DNA from: Erysipelotrichaceae bacterium
GTDB lineage: Bacteria > Bacillota_I > Bacilli_A > Erysipelotrichales > Erysipelotrichaceae
Assembly: GCA_963663995.1 (NCBI GenBank)
Contig: OY760660.1
Coordinates: 1,740,001-1,772,000, forward strand
Length of the DNA: 32,000 nt
Direction of reading: 5' to 3'
The notes beneath the pieces are model-generated. The model searched no databases. It was not told the DNA's origin and saw only the letters and a list, made by a program, of their open reading frames with translations. Position numbers and translations under genes: made by a program. Below, one piece after another: positions 1 through 8,912 of the stretch (position 1 is its first letter; every line of letters begins with the position of its first letter).

Positions 1-507
1 AAAGAACTCTTAGCTGATCCTAAGGAGATTGCTGAACATAATATGTTAGTTGATCTAGGGAGAAATGATTTAGGTAAGATTTCTGAATTTGGAACAGTAC
101 ATGTCGAAACACTTCATTCTATTGAACGTTTCTCACATGTCATGCATATTGGATCAACTGTGAAAGGCAAAATTCGCGATGAATTTGATGCCTTAGATGC
201 GATCAGTGCAGTCCTACCCGCAGGTACCTTATCAGGGGCTCCTAAGATTAGAGCTTGCCAACTTATTGGTGAATTAGAAAATAATAAACGTGGTATCTAT
301 GGTGGAGCCATTGGCTATATCGATTTTGCAGGAAACATGGATACCTGTATAGCGATAAGAATTGCTTATAAGAAAAACAATACGGTTTTTGTTAGAAGTG
401 GAGCAGGAATCGTAGCTGATTCTGTTCCTGAGAGTGAATACCAAGAATGTATTAATAAAGCACAAGCAGTCATCAATGCTTTAAAACAAGCAGAAGGAGT
501 TGAGTAA
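1..507 (+). CDS. trpE: Anthranilate synthase component I, C-terminal part (5' end lies upstream of the window)
   Basis: Frame 1 is open from base 1 (KELLADPKEIAEHNMLVDLGRNDLG...). Chorismate-binding-enzyme motifs LVDLGRND, GTLSGAPKIRA and RGIYGGAIGY are present. It is the first gene of a contiguous trpEGDCFBA block, and its TAA stop (505-507) overlaps the next ATG. Confidence 0.9.
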   Translation, partial: KELLADPKEIAEHNMLVDLGRNDLGKISEFGTVHVETLHSIERFSHVMHIGSTVKGKIRDEFDALDAISAVLPAGTLSGAPKIRACQLIGELENNKRGIYGGAIGYIDFAGNMDTCIAIRIAYKKNNTVFVRSGAGIVADSVPESEYQECINKAQAVINALKQAEGVE

Positions 508-1088
508 TGATACTTCTCATTGATAATTACGATAGTTTCTCCTACAACTTGTATCAATTAATTGGGGAAATTAATCCTGACATTAAAGTCATTCGAAATG
601 ATGAGTTAACAGTTGAAGAAATTAAAGCTCTAAAACCTGATCATATTATTTTATCGCCAGGTCCTGGACGCCCTGAGGATGCTGGTGTGATTGAAGAGGT
701 TGCATTAAGTTTAGGTAAAGAAATCCCAATTTTAGGCGTATGCTTGGGTCATCAAGCAATCTGTGATAGTTTTGGCGCAACCATAACTTATGCCGATAAG
801 CTTATGCATGGTAAACAATCAAAAGTAAGTTTAGATACATGTTCAAAGTTATTTAAAGACTGTGAGAAAGTTACAGATGTAGCTCGCTACCATTCATTGG
901 TCGTAGATCCACAAACTTTACCTGATTTCTTAAAAGTTACTTCTCTCACGGAAGAGGGTGTCATCATGGCAGTAGAACATAAAGATTATCCAATCTATGG
1001 TGTTCAATTTCATCCTGAATCCATTATGACCCCACAAGGTAAACTCATGTTGAAGAATTTTATCAATATTAAAGGAGCAAGCAAATGA
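507..1088 (+). CDS. trpG: Anthranilate synthase component II, a glutamine amidotransferase (may double as PabA)
   Basis: Class I GATase motifs LGVCLGHQ (Cys nucleophile) and GVQFHPES are present. Length is 193 aa. The start overlaps the trpE stop by 1 nt. Confidence 0.9.
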   Translation: MILLIDNYDSFSYNLYQLIGEINPDIKVIRNDELTVEEIKALKPDHIILSPGPGRPEDAGVIEEVALSLGKEIPILGVCLGHQAICDSFGATITYADKLMHGKQSKVSLDTCSKLFKDCEKVTDVARYHSLVVDPQTLPDFLKVTSLTEEGVIMAVEHKDYPIYGVQFHPESIMTPQGKLMLKNFINIKGASK

Positions 1089-2101
1089 TTAAAGAGGCGA
1101 TTATAAAAATAGTTAATAAAGAAGACTTAAGTTTTAAAGAAGCTTATACAGTTATGAACGAAATTATGAGTGGAGAAACAAGTGCTATTCAAAATGCTGC
1201 TTTTTTATCCGCATTATCTACAAAAAGTGCGAAAGCTGAAACCACAGATGAAATAGCGGGTTGCGCAACAGCGATGCGTGAACATGCGACGAAAGTAGAT
1301 GTTCCTTATGATGTTTTTGAAATTGTTGGGACAGGCGGAGATCACTCTAACAGTTTTAATATCTCAACGACATCCGCTCTTGTTGCTGCAGCAGGTGGCT
1401 TAAAAGTTGCGAAACACGGAAATCGTGCAGCTTCATCAAAGAGTGGTACAGCTGATTGCTTAGAAGCCCTTGGAGTAAACATTCAACAAGATGCTGAAAA
1501 GTGTGTAGAACTTTTAGATAAAGTGGGTATGTGTTTCTTCTTTGCTCAAAAATACCATACATCGATGAAACATGTTGGACCGATTCGTAAGGAATTGGGT
1601 ATTCGAACAGTATTTAATATCTTAGGACCACTCACTAATCCAGCTAGTCCTAAATACCAACTTTTAGGTGTTTATGATGAATACTTAGTTGAACCATTGG
1701 CTGAAGTTTTAATGGAACTCGGTGTTAAAAAGGGGATGGTTGTTCATGGCTTAGATAAGCTAGATGAAATTTCTTTATCAGCCCCAACTAAAATCTGTGA
1801 ATTTAAAGATGGCTTACATAAAACTTATATTATTCAACCAGAAGATTTTGGTTTTGAAAGATGTAGTAAAGATGATTTAGTTGGTGGAAGTCCTGCCGAA
1901 AACGCTCAAATCACTTTGGATATACTAAAAGGTGAAAAAGGTCATAAACGCAATGCAATTTTATTAAATGCAGGTGCAGCTTTATATATTGGTTCGAAAG
2001 CCAATTCACTTAAAGAAGGAGTCTATCTTGCAGCTAATATAATTGATTCTGGTGAAGCTCTAAAAACATTAGAAGCGTTTATTGAAGTAAGTAATTCATA
2101 A
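1085..2101 (+). CDS. trpD: Anthranilate phosphoribosyltransferase
   Basis: Motifs [19 protein letters not shown] and [18 protein letters not shown] are present. There is an ATGA overlap with trpG. Position in the trp operon fits. Confidence 0.9.
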   Translation: MIKEAIIKIVNKEDLSFKEAYTVMNEIMSGETSAIQNAAFLSALSTKSAKAETTDEIAGCATAMREHATKVDVPYDVFEIVGTGGDHSNSFNISTTSALVAAAGGLKVAKHGNRAASSKSGTADCLEALGVNIQQDAEKCVELLDKVGMCFFFAQKYHTSMKHVGPIRKELGIRTVFNILGPLTNPASPKYQLLGVYDEYLVEPLAEVLMELGVKKGMVVHGLDKLDEISLSAPTKICEFKDGLHKTYIIQPEDFGFERCSKDDLVGGSPAENAQITLDILKGEKGHKRNAILLNAGAALYIGSKANSLKEGVYLAANIIDSGEALKTLEAFIEVSNS

Positions 2102-2883
2102 TGAAAAATATTTTAGATCAATTAGCAGAACATGCCATTGATAGAGTGAGTGCAGCTAAAAAAAGTGTTTCTTTAATTAAAATAAAAGAAAAAGCATATG
2201 CACTACCTAAAGGTGACTTAATCTTTGAAAAAGCACTAAGTAAAAGTGAATTAGCTTTTATTTGCGAAGTAAAAAAAGCATCACCTTCAAAGGGGATAAT
2301 CGCGAAAGATTTTGATTATCTAAAAATAGCTAAAGACTATGAAGAAACAGGTGCAGATTGTATTTCTGTACTCACTGAACCTAAATGGTTTTTAGGTTCA
2401 GATACCTATCTTAAAGAAATTTGTGAGACAGTTTCGATTCCTGTCATAAGAAAAGATTTTACTGTGGATGAATATAATATTTATGAAGCTAAATGCTTAG
2501 GGGCTTCTGCTGTACTACTCATTTGTTCAATTTTAAATGATGAGCAAATAAAAACATATCTAAATATTTGTGATGATTTAGCTTTATCTGCATTAGTTGA
2601 AGCTCATGATCAAGAAGAAGTGTTAAGAGCGATTAATTGTGGCGCACGTATCATTGGTGTAAATAATCGAAATTTGAAAGATTTCAGTGTTGATACAAAC
2701 CAATCAGCCAGTTTAAGATCGTTCATTCCCAAAAATATTATATTTGTTTCAGAGAGTGGTATCAGTACACATGAAGATGTTAAAGCCGTATTGGAAATGA
2801 AAGCAGATGCTGTTTTAGTTGGTGAAGCTTTAATGAAAGCAAGTGATAAAAAGGTAAAATTACAGGAGTTAAAAGGATTATGA
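2101..2883 (+). CDS. trpC: Indole-3-glycerol-phosphate synthase
   Basis: Motifs EVKKASPSKG, LTEPKWFLGS and IGVNNRNL are present. There is a TAATG overlap with trpD. Confidence 0.9.
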   Translation: MKNILDQLAEHAIDRVSAAKKSVSLIKIKEKAYALPKGDLIFEKALSKSELAFICEVKKASPSKGIIAKDFDYLKIAKDYEETGADCISVLTEPKWFLGSDTYLKEICETVSIPVIRKDFTVDEYNIYEAKCLGASAVLLICSILNDEQIKTYLNICDDLALSALVEAHDQEEVLRAINCGARIIGVNNRNLKDFSVDTNQSASLRSFIPKNIIFVSESGISTHEDVKAVLEMKADAVLVGEALMKASDKKVKLQELKGL

Positions 2884-3500
2884 CTCACATAAAACTTTGT
2901 GGATTATCAAGACATGAAGATATTGAAGTTGTGAATCAACTAAAACCTGATTATATAGGTTTTATCTTTGTTGAAAAAAGTAAACGCTATGTTAATCCAA
3001 TTTTTGCGAATGAACTTAAAAAGAAGCTTGATAAAGAGATCAAGGTTGTTGGTGTATTTGTCGATGAAGAACTAGAAATTGTAAATGACTTATTAACACT
3101 AGGGATTATTGATATTGCCCAACTTCATGGATCTGAGAGTAATGAATATATTGAGAACTTAAAAGAGATAAGTAAAAAACCTGTCATAAAAGCTTTCAGT
3201 ATTGTTACACAAGATGATTTATTGGAGGCTAAGCAATCAAACGCTGACTTTATTTTACTTGATTCAAAAAGTGGCGGTAGTGGAACACAATTTGATTGGA
3301 GCTTATTAAAAGATTTTAAAAAAGATTACTTTTTAGCCGGTGGCTTAGATCATAAAAATGTTTATGAAGCTGTTAAGAAAATAAATCCATTTGCGGTTGA
3401 TGTCAGTTCAGGCATTGAAACAAATGGTCTAAAAGATAAAGACAAAATGAAAGAATTTGTCGAAAATGTTAGAAAAGCAATTAAGGAGGAAAATGGATGA
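2880..3500 (+). CDS. trpF: Phosphoribosylanthranilate isomerase
   Basis: The N-terminus is IKLCGL, and QLHG and VDVSSGIE motifs are present. ATGA overlaps occur on both sides. Position in the operon fits. Confidence 0.85.
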   Translation: MTHIKLCGLSRHEDIEVVNQLKPDYIGFIFVEKSKRYVNPIFANELKKKLDKEIKVVGVFVDEELEIVNDLLTLGIIDIAQLHGSESNEYIENLKEISKKPVIKAFSIVTQDDLLEAKQSNADFILLDSKSGGSGTQFDWSLLKDFKKDYFLAGGLDHKNVYEAVKKINPFAVDVSSGIETNGLKDKDKMKEFVENVRKAIKEENG

Positions 3501-4687
3501 GAAATCAAAATAGTCTCTTTGGTATACATGGTGGTCAATATATTCCAGAAACTTTAATGAATGCGGTTATTGAACTTGAAAAAGCTTATAATCATTTTAA
3601 AAATGATCCAGAGTTTAATGCTGAACTTCATGAACTTTTTAATGAATATGCTGGTCGACCTTCTCGTTTATATTATGCGAAAAAAATGACTGAGGATTTA
3701 GGTGGCGCAAAAATCTATCTTAAACGTGAAGATTTAAATCATACAGGAGCCCATAAAATTAATAATGTATTAGGGCAAGCGCTTCTTGCGAAAAAAATGG
3801 GTAAAACTCGTTTAATTGCTGAAACGGGAGCTGGTCAACATGGGGTTGCGACAGCAACGGCAGCCGCTTTAATGGGAATGGAATGTGTTGTTTTCATGGG
3901 TGAAGAAGATACGATAAGACAAGCTTTGAATGTTTATCGTATGCGATTACTTGGGGCAACCGTTATTCCTGTTACGAGTGGAACGGCTACTTTAAAAGAT
4001 GCTGTTTCTGAAGCCATGCGTGAGTGGACAAGTCGAATTGATGATACTCATTATTGTTTGGGTTCTGTTATGGGTCCACATCCATTTCCTACTATTGTTC
4101 GTGACTTTCAAGCAGTTATTTCCAAGGAAATTAAAGAACAGATATTAGAAAAAGAAGGACGATTACCTGACAGTGTTATTGCCTGTGTTGGCGGTGGCTC
4201 AAATGCGATTGGTGCCTTCTATCACTTCATCGATGATAAAGAAGTTGAATTGATTGGAACTGAAGCAGCTGGTCGTGGTATTGATACATTAGAAACAGCT
4301 GCGACGATTAATGTCGGTAGACTAGGTATTTTTCATGGGATGAAGTCATATTTCTGCCAAGATAAATATGGACAAATAGCACCAGTTTATTCTATTTCAG
4401 CTGGCTTAGATTACCCAGGAATTGGTCCTGAACATGCCCATTTACATGATATTGGTCGAGCTAAATATGTTCCGATTACAGACGAAGAATCGGTCGTCGC
4501 GTTTGAATATCTTTCCAAAACAGAAGGTATAATTCCTGCGATTGAATCAGCCCACGCAGTAGCTTATGCTTTGAAAATCGCTCCAACGATGGATAAAGAT
4601 AAAATTATAGTCATCAATTTATCGGGTCGCGGTGATAAGGATTGTGCTGCGATCGCACGATATAGAGGAGAAGATCTTCATGAGTAA
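3497..4687 (+). CDS. trpB: Tryptophan synthase beta chain
   Basis: The PLP-lysine motif HTGAHKINN and GGGSNAIG are present. Length is 396 aa. Confidence 0.95.
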   Translation: MRNQNSLFGIHGGQYIPETLMNAVIELEKAYNHFKNDPEFNAELHELFNEYAGRPSRLYYAKKMTEDLGGAKIYLKREDLNHTGAHKINNVLGQALLAKKMGKTRLIAETGAGQHGVATATAAALMGMECVVFMGEEDTIRQALNVYRMRLLGATVIPVTSGTATLKDAVSEAMREWTSRIDDTHYCLGSVMGPHPFPTIVRDFQAVISKEIKEQILEKEGRLPDSVIACVGGGSNAIGAFYHFIDDKEVELIGTEAAGRGIDTLETAATINVGRLGIFHGMKSYFCQDKYGQIAPVYSISAGLDYPGIGPEHAHLHDIGRAKYVPITDEESVVAFEYLSKTEGIIPAIESAHAVAYALKIAPTMDKDKIIVINLSGRGDKDCAAIARYRGEDLHE

Positions 4688-5450
4688 AATAAAGAACGCT
4701 TTTAAAAATGGAAAAGCTTTTATTACCTTCATTACCGTAGGAGATCCAGATTTAGAAACATCTAAAAAAGCAATTCTTGAAATGGTTGAAAATGGAGCAG
4801 ATTTAATTGAATTAGGTATTCCATTCTCTGATCCAATGGCGGAGGGACCGACCATTCAATCTGCTAATGTTAGAGCACTTAAAAATGGAATCACAACGGA
4901 TGATATTTTCGAGTTTGTTAGAGATATCAAAAAAGAAGTAAGTATACCTATGGTTTTTATGACCTATTCAAATGTTGTTTTCTCATACGGTTCAGATAAG
5001 TTTATAAGCACATGTAAGGAAATTGGGATAGATGGTTTAATCTTGCCGGATTGTCCATATGAAGAAAAAGAAGAGTTTTCAGACTTGTGTCATAAATATG
5101 ATGTAGATCTCATTTCTTTAGTTGCCCCAACTTCTGAAAATCGGATTGCGATGATTGCAAAAGAAGCTGAAGGGTTTGTTTACTTAGTATCTAGTTTAGG
5201 AGTTACCGGTACACGCTCTGAAATCAAGACTGATTTAGCTGCGATTGCCAAAGTTGTACGTGAAAACACAGATACACCTTGTGCAATTGGTTTTGGAATA
5301 TCAACACCAGAACAAGCACAAAAAATGGCAGCCATATCTGATGGTGCCATAGTTGGTTCAGCAATTATCAAATTATTAGAGAAATATGGACAAGATGCGC
5401 CAAAGCATATTGGTGAGTATGTTAAATCAATGAAAGATGCATTGAGATAA
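4680..5450 (+). CDS. trpA: Tryptophan synthase alpha chain
   Basis: Motifs [22 protein letters not shown] and GFGIS are present. I moved the start from the GTG at 4632 in the ORF track to the ATG at 4680. That ATG has the RBS GAGGAG (4665-4670) 9 nt upstream and overlaps the trpB stop by 8 nt. Confidence 0.9.
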   Translation: MSKIKNAFKNGKAFITFITVGDPDLETSKKAILEMVENGADLIELGIPFSDPMAEGPTIQSANVRALKNGITTDDIFEFVRDIKKEVSIPMVFMTYSNVVFSYGSDKFISTCKEIGIDGLILPDCPYEEKEEFSDLCHKYDVDLISLVAPTSENRIAMIAKEAEGFVYLVSSLGVTGTRSEIKTDLAAIAKVVRENTDTPCAIGFGISTPEQAQKMAAISDGAIVGSAIIKLLEKYGQDAPKHIGEYVKSMKDALR

Positions 5451-5454
5451 AAAA

Positions 5455-5474
5455 AGTGGGATTTTAATCCCACT
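5455..5474 (-). terminator. Rho-independent terminator of the minus-strand pepT/DUF438 pair, lying between convergent genes
   Basis: Inverted repeat AGTGGGATT / AATCCCACT. On the minus strand it is followed by a T7 run (complement of 5449-5455). On the plus strand the same hairpin follows the trpA stop but has no U-tract. The hairpin overlaps the last codons of the minus-strand gene. Confidence 0.7.
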
Positions 5475-6612
5475 CTAAGAGTCGTCTTTCACCTTGAAGA
5501 GCACGAATATCTTCAACTAATTGGGTCACTTCTAAACAACCTTTATATTCATGACGTTCATTACGTAATGCGATATATTTGATGTATACGAAGTGGCCTT
5601 TCATTTGAATCCAGAACTGAGCTTGATCTTTTTCGCCTGATCGCAAAGCTTCAATGATTTTATTAACAACATCGACACTTGAGGATGGGTGACAATTACG
5701 CACATCTCTTCCAATAACTGCAGGTGATCTTGGGAAAACGCGATCTACAGCTTTATTGAAGTAGCGTACTTTATTGTCTTCATCTATTAGAGTGATATCT
5801 AAGGGCAGAGCATTTAGTAAAAGTTCGAGTTGTTCAAAGTTAAGTTCGCCAGTATCTGTTTTAATATAACCGCCTAAATCTATGAAAGGTTTTGTCTCAA
5901 CTTTTGGTTGTTTAGGTTTATCAATAAAGATAAAAGGATATTCAAAGATTTGTTGAGTTAAGTCATCAAGTGTTTCTTTACTGAGATACTGTAGAGATGC
6001 TTGAAGTAAGAAGCGATTTTCTTTTTGAATGAGTCCAAAAGCTTTAAAGAAATATGAACCTAAGGCAAAAGAGAAAAGTTTGAAATCAAAGGGTTTTGTA
6101 TTAAGCGCATTGATAGATGCTTTTAAAGCATTTCGACATGCATCTTGCATTGTCCATAAAATCTTGAGTCCTTCAAAATGGCTATTTACTTTTTCTAATG
6201 AAGGGAACAGTAAGTTTTGTGTTTTAGTGTAATGCACAGAAAACATCTCAAGTTGCTTTAATTCTTTTTTCAAATAGTCAATATCCAATGTTTTTGAAGC
6301 ATTCACTTTAAAATAATCTTGGAGTAAATTGAGTTTTTCTGTTAAGGCTTTGTTTTCTAAGTCTAGATAATGGAGGATGCCATCACTGGGTAAATCTAAT
6401 TCTTTACCTCTGAGATGTTGATCGATTGCATGAACAAATGGATCTACAAAGTTTATTACTGATTCGACTGTTTCGCCTTCTTTTAAAAGTGAGTTAAATG
6501 TTTCAAATACATCAATAATTTGAATATTCTTTAATTGATTTTCTATTTTCTTGTAGTCACTTAATGTAGATTTTTTCTCCTTTATTAAAAGGATATAGTC
6601 TTTGATATTCAT
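5464..6612 (-). CDS. DUF438 / PAS-domain protein with a hemerythrin-like N-terminal region (putative O2/NO/redox sensor; function unknown)
   Basis: The C-terminal block ITLIDEDNKVRYFN...RVFPRSPAVIGRDVRNCHP...FWIQMKGHFVYIKYIALRN...YKGCLEVTQLVEDIRALQGERRLLEW matches my recollection of the conserved DUF438+PAS_10 core. The N-terminal half has the hemerythrin-like segment HYTKTQNLLFPSLEK. The start overlaps the pepT stop (ATGA). Confidence 0.7.
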   Translation of the reverse strand: MNIKDYILLIKEKKSTLSDYKKIENQLKNIQIIDVFETFNSLLKEGETVESVINFVDPFVHAIDQHLRGKELDLPSDGILHYLDLENKALTEKLNLLQDYFKVNASKTLDIDYLKKELKQLEMFSVHYTKTQNLLFPSLEKVNSHFEGLKILWTMQDACRNALKASINALNTKPFDFKLFSFALGSYFFKAFGLIQKENRFLLQASLQYLSKETLDDLTQQIFEYPFIFIDKPKQPKVETKPFIDLGGYIKTDTGELNFEQLELLLNALPLDITLIDEDNKVRYFNKAVDRVFPRSPAVIGRDVRNCHPSSSVDVVNKIIEALRSGEKDQAQFWIQMKGHFVYIKYIALRNERHEYKGCLEVTQLVEDIRALQGERRLLEWD

Positions 6613-7832
6613 AGTTCTTCTGCGTTTATCTTAACGATCTCTAAGATAACTTGAACGGCTTTCTGCATCACATCTAAACTTGCGTATTCATAAGGCCCAT
6701 GATAGTTATCACCACCTGTAAATATATTTGGTGTTGGGATTCCCATAAAAGAAATCTTTGAACCATCTGTCCCACCGCGGATTGGTTGAACAGTTGATTT
6801 TATGTTTAAGTTTTCCATAGCTTTTAAAGCTAAGTTGACTGATTTCATGTCTTTTTCTATGACTTCAGCCATGTTGTAGTACTGATCATTCATTTCTATT
6901 TTGAAACGTTCAGCTTTATATTTCTTATTAAGAAAAGCAACATTGTCTAATAGAGTTTGTTTACGATCTAAGAATTTTTCTTTATCGTGATCACGAATAA
7001 TATAAGTCATTGATCCTGTATCGATTTTGGTTTGCAGTTCCATTAGGAAATAATAACCTTCATAGTTGTCAGTATGCTCAGGTACTTCAGATTGTGGAAG
7101 TAAAGCATCAAATTCCATTGCGAGTTTTGCGGTATTAACCATTGTATCTTTAGCACTGCCTGGATGAACAGATACACCTGCCAGTGTGATTTTAGCGACT
7201 GCCGCATTAAAACTTTCATATTCTAATTCACCTAAGACAGATCCATCCATAGTATAAGCGAATTTCGCTCTGAAGTTTTTCGCATCAAAGTGGTTAGCCC
7301 CTTGACCAATCTCTTCATCTGGACCAAAGGCAACACGTATTTCGCCATGTTTGAGATCGGGATTATTGATTAATGTAATCATTGCTTCGATGATTTCAAC
7401 TAAACCAGCTTTATCATCCGCACCAAGTAATGTTGTCCCATCCGTCACAACCAATGTATGACCTTTTAAAGCTAATAAACGTGGGAAATCGCTGGTACTC
7501 ATCAATAAATCTTGATTCAATTGAATATCTTTTCCATCGTAGTTTTCAATGATTCTTGGACTGATATTTTCAGCATTAAAATCAGCTGTATCATAGTGAG
7601 CAATAAAACCGATTATGTCAGGTGTATGGTCTGTATTGTTTGGGATGGTTGCGCTGACATAGCCATTACTTTCATTGTATTCGACTTCGCTGAACCCTAA
7701 ATCCTCTAATTCATTCGCTAACATTTTAGCGAATACAACTTGCGTTTGGGTGGAAGGAATAGTATCTGATTCCTCACTTGATCGTGTATTGATTTTTGCA
7801 TAACGAATAAATCGCTCTAATAAAGTTTCCAT
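6609..7832 (-). CDS. pepT: Peptidase T (tripeptide aminopeptidase, M20B family)
   Basis: METLLERFIRYAKINTRS is a typical PepT N-terminus. M20 metal and catalytic motifs HYDTADF, GADDKAG, GPDEEIG and GGTDGS are present. I chose the start at Met8 of the track ORF (ATG at 7832) because the RBS GAGGT lies 9 nt upstream. Confidence 0.85.
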   Translation of the reverse strand: METLLERFIRYAKINTRSSEESDTIPSTQTQVVFAKMLANELEDLGFSEVEYNESNGYVSATIPNNTDHTPDIIGFIAHYDTADFNAENISPRIIENYDGKDIQLNQDLLMSTSDFPRLLALKGHTLVVTDGTTLLGADDKAGLVEIIEAMITLINNPDLKHGEIRVAFGPDEEIGQGANHFDAKNFRAKFAYTMDGSVLGELEYESFNAAVAKITLAGVSVHPGSAKDTMVNTAKLAMEFDALLPQSEVPEHTDNYEGYYFLMELQTKIDTGSMTYIIRDHDKEKFLDRKQTLLDNVAFLNKKYKAERFKIEMNDQYYNMAEVIEKDMKSVNLALKAMENLNIKSTVQPIRGGTDGSKISFMGIPTPNIFTGGDNYHGPYEYASLDVMQKAVQVILEIVKINAEEL

Positions 7833-7883
7833 AAAAAAATTACCTCGTATCATTATTCTAACGCAATTTTACCTAAAGGTCAT

Positions 7884-7913
7884 GTGACTTAATTGTACAT
7901 AAAGTTGTACAAT
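7884..7913 (+). promoter_or_regulatory. Putative sigma-A-type promoter for the WYL / DprA-like pair
   Basis: -35 GTGACT (7884-7889), an 18-nt spacer, then -10 TACAAT (7908-7913). It is followed by the RBS GAGGAA (7923-7928) and the ATG at 7935. This is a sequence-pattern call only. Confidence 0.4.
7893..7911. repeat. Two TTGTACA boxes (7893-7899 and 7905-7911), each containing the palindrome TGTACA, spaced 12 bp apart
   Basis: Direct reading of the pepT / WYL divergent intergenic region. The second box overlaps the proposed -10. This is a candidate operator. Confidence 0.5.
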
Positions 7914-7934
7914 AATTTTAATGAGGAAGTCAGT

Positions 7935-8912
7935 ATGAGTTCACAGAAATCCGTTAAAATTTTAGAGGTCATGCGTTTGCTTTTGAATAAGAGTGACGAT
8001 GAACATCCTTTAAGTGTACAAGACATTATTTTTGAACTCGAACAACTCGGTATTGAGAGTGAGCGTAAAAGTATCTATCAATACATGGATCAGTTGGAAG
8101 ATTATGGCTTAGATATTATTAAAACAAAGAAAATTGCGAACTACTATCATATAGGAGAGCGTGAATTTCAATTAGCGGAACTTAAACTTTTGGTCGATGC
8201 TGTACAATTTTCAAAGTTTATAACAAAAGAGAAAAGTGCTGAACTTATCGAAAAAATAAAGTCTTTAGCGTCTATTTATCAAGCACAACAATTAGTCCGT
8301 GATGACATGATTTCAGATCGCCTAAAAACAACGAACTCTTCTATCTATTTCAATGTGGATGCGATTCATGAAGCCATTGTGAATAAACGTTGGTTACAGT
8401 TTAAATATTTTGAATATGGTTTAGATAAAGAACGTCATTATCGCCATAATGGTGATTACTATACGTTGATTCCAGAATTCTTATGTTGGGATGATGAGAA
8501 ATATTACTGTGTCATGTATCATCAAACACATGATGATCATGTCATCTTTAGAGTCGATAAGATGCGAGAAGTCTCAGTCATGTATAAGAGTCATAAGCGT
8601 GAGCGGTCACAAGAAGATTTTGAAAAATACTGTACACGTATCTTTAGTATGTTTCAAGGTGAGGCAAAGTTAGTGCGCTTAGAATTTGATAAGTCTTTAG
8701 TATCAGTAGTCTTTGATCGTTTTGGACTTGATATTGAAATTAAAGAAGAAAAAGAAAAATCCTTTATAATTGAAGAAGAAGTTTTAGTATCACAAACATT
8801 TTTATCTTGGCTTTTTCAATTTGGCAATCAAGCTAAAATTCTTGGACCTCAAGAAGTTATTGATGAAGCCAGAGATTTAATTAGAAAGAATCTAGAGAAC
8901 TATGAATCCTAA
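7935..8912 (+). CDS. WYL-domain transcriptional regulator (wHTH - WYL - WCX architecture, YafY/PafBC-like)
   Basis: N-terminal wHTH (KILEVMRLLLNKSDDEHPLSVQDIIFELEQLGIESERKSIYQYMDQLEDYG). Central WYL-type segment (WLQFKYFEYG...YYTLIPEFLCWDDEKYYCVMYHQTHDDHVIFRVDKMREV). C-terminal WCX-like segment (FLSWLFQFGNQAKILGPQEVIDEARDLI). The start is set at ATG 7935, which has an RBS, rather than the TTG at 7893 in the track. Confidence 0.8.
   Translation: MSSQKSVKILEVMRLLLNKSDDEHPLSVQDIIFELEQLGIESERKSIYQYMDQLEDYGLDIIKTKKIANYYHIGEREFQLAELKLLVDAVQFSKFITKEKSAELIEKIKSLASIYQAQQLVRDDMISDRLKTTNSSIYFNVDAIHEAIVNKRWLQFKYFEYGLDKERHYRHNGDYYTLIPEFLCWDDEKYYCVMYHQTHDDHVIFRVDKMREVSVMYKSHKRERSQEDFEKYCTRIFSMFQGEAKLVRLEFDKSLVSVVFDRFGLDIEIKEEKEKSFIIEEEVLVSQTFLSWLFQFGNQAKILGPQEVIDEARDLIRKNLENYES

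Noticed and set aside
1-5450. The trp operon as something unusual (regulatory leader, T-box, TRAP sites, gene fusions).
   Set aside because: It is the ordinary trpEGDCFBA order with start/stop overlaps throughout. Any leader or T-box would lie upstream of trpE, outside the window. No fusion or frameshift was seen.
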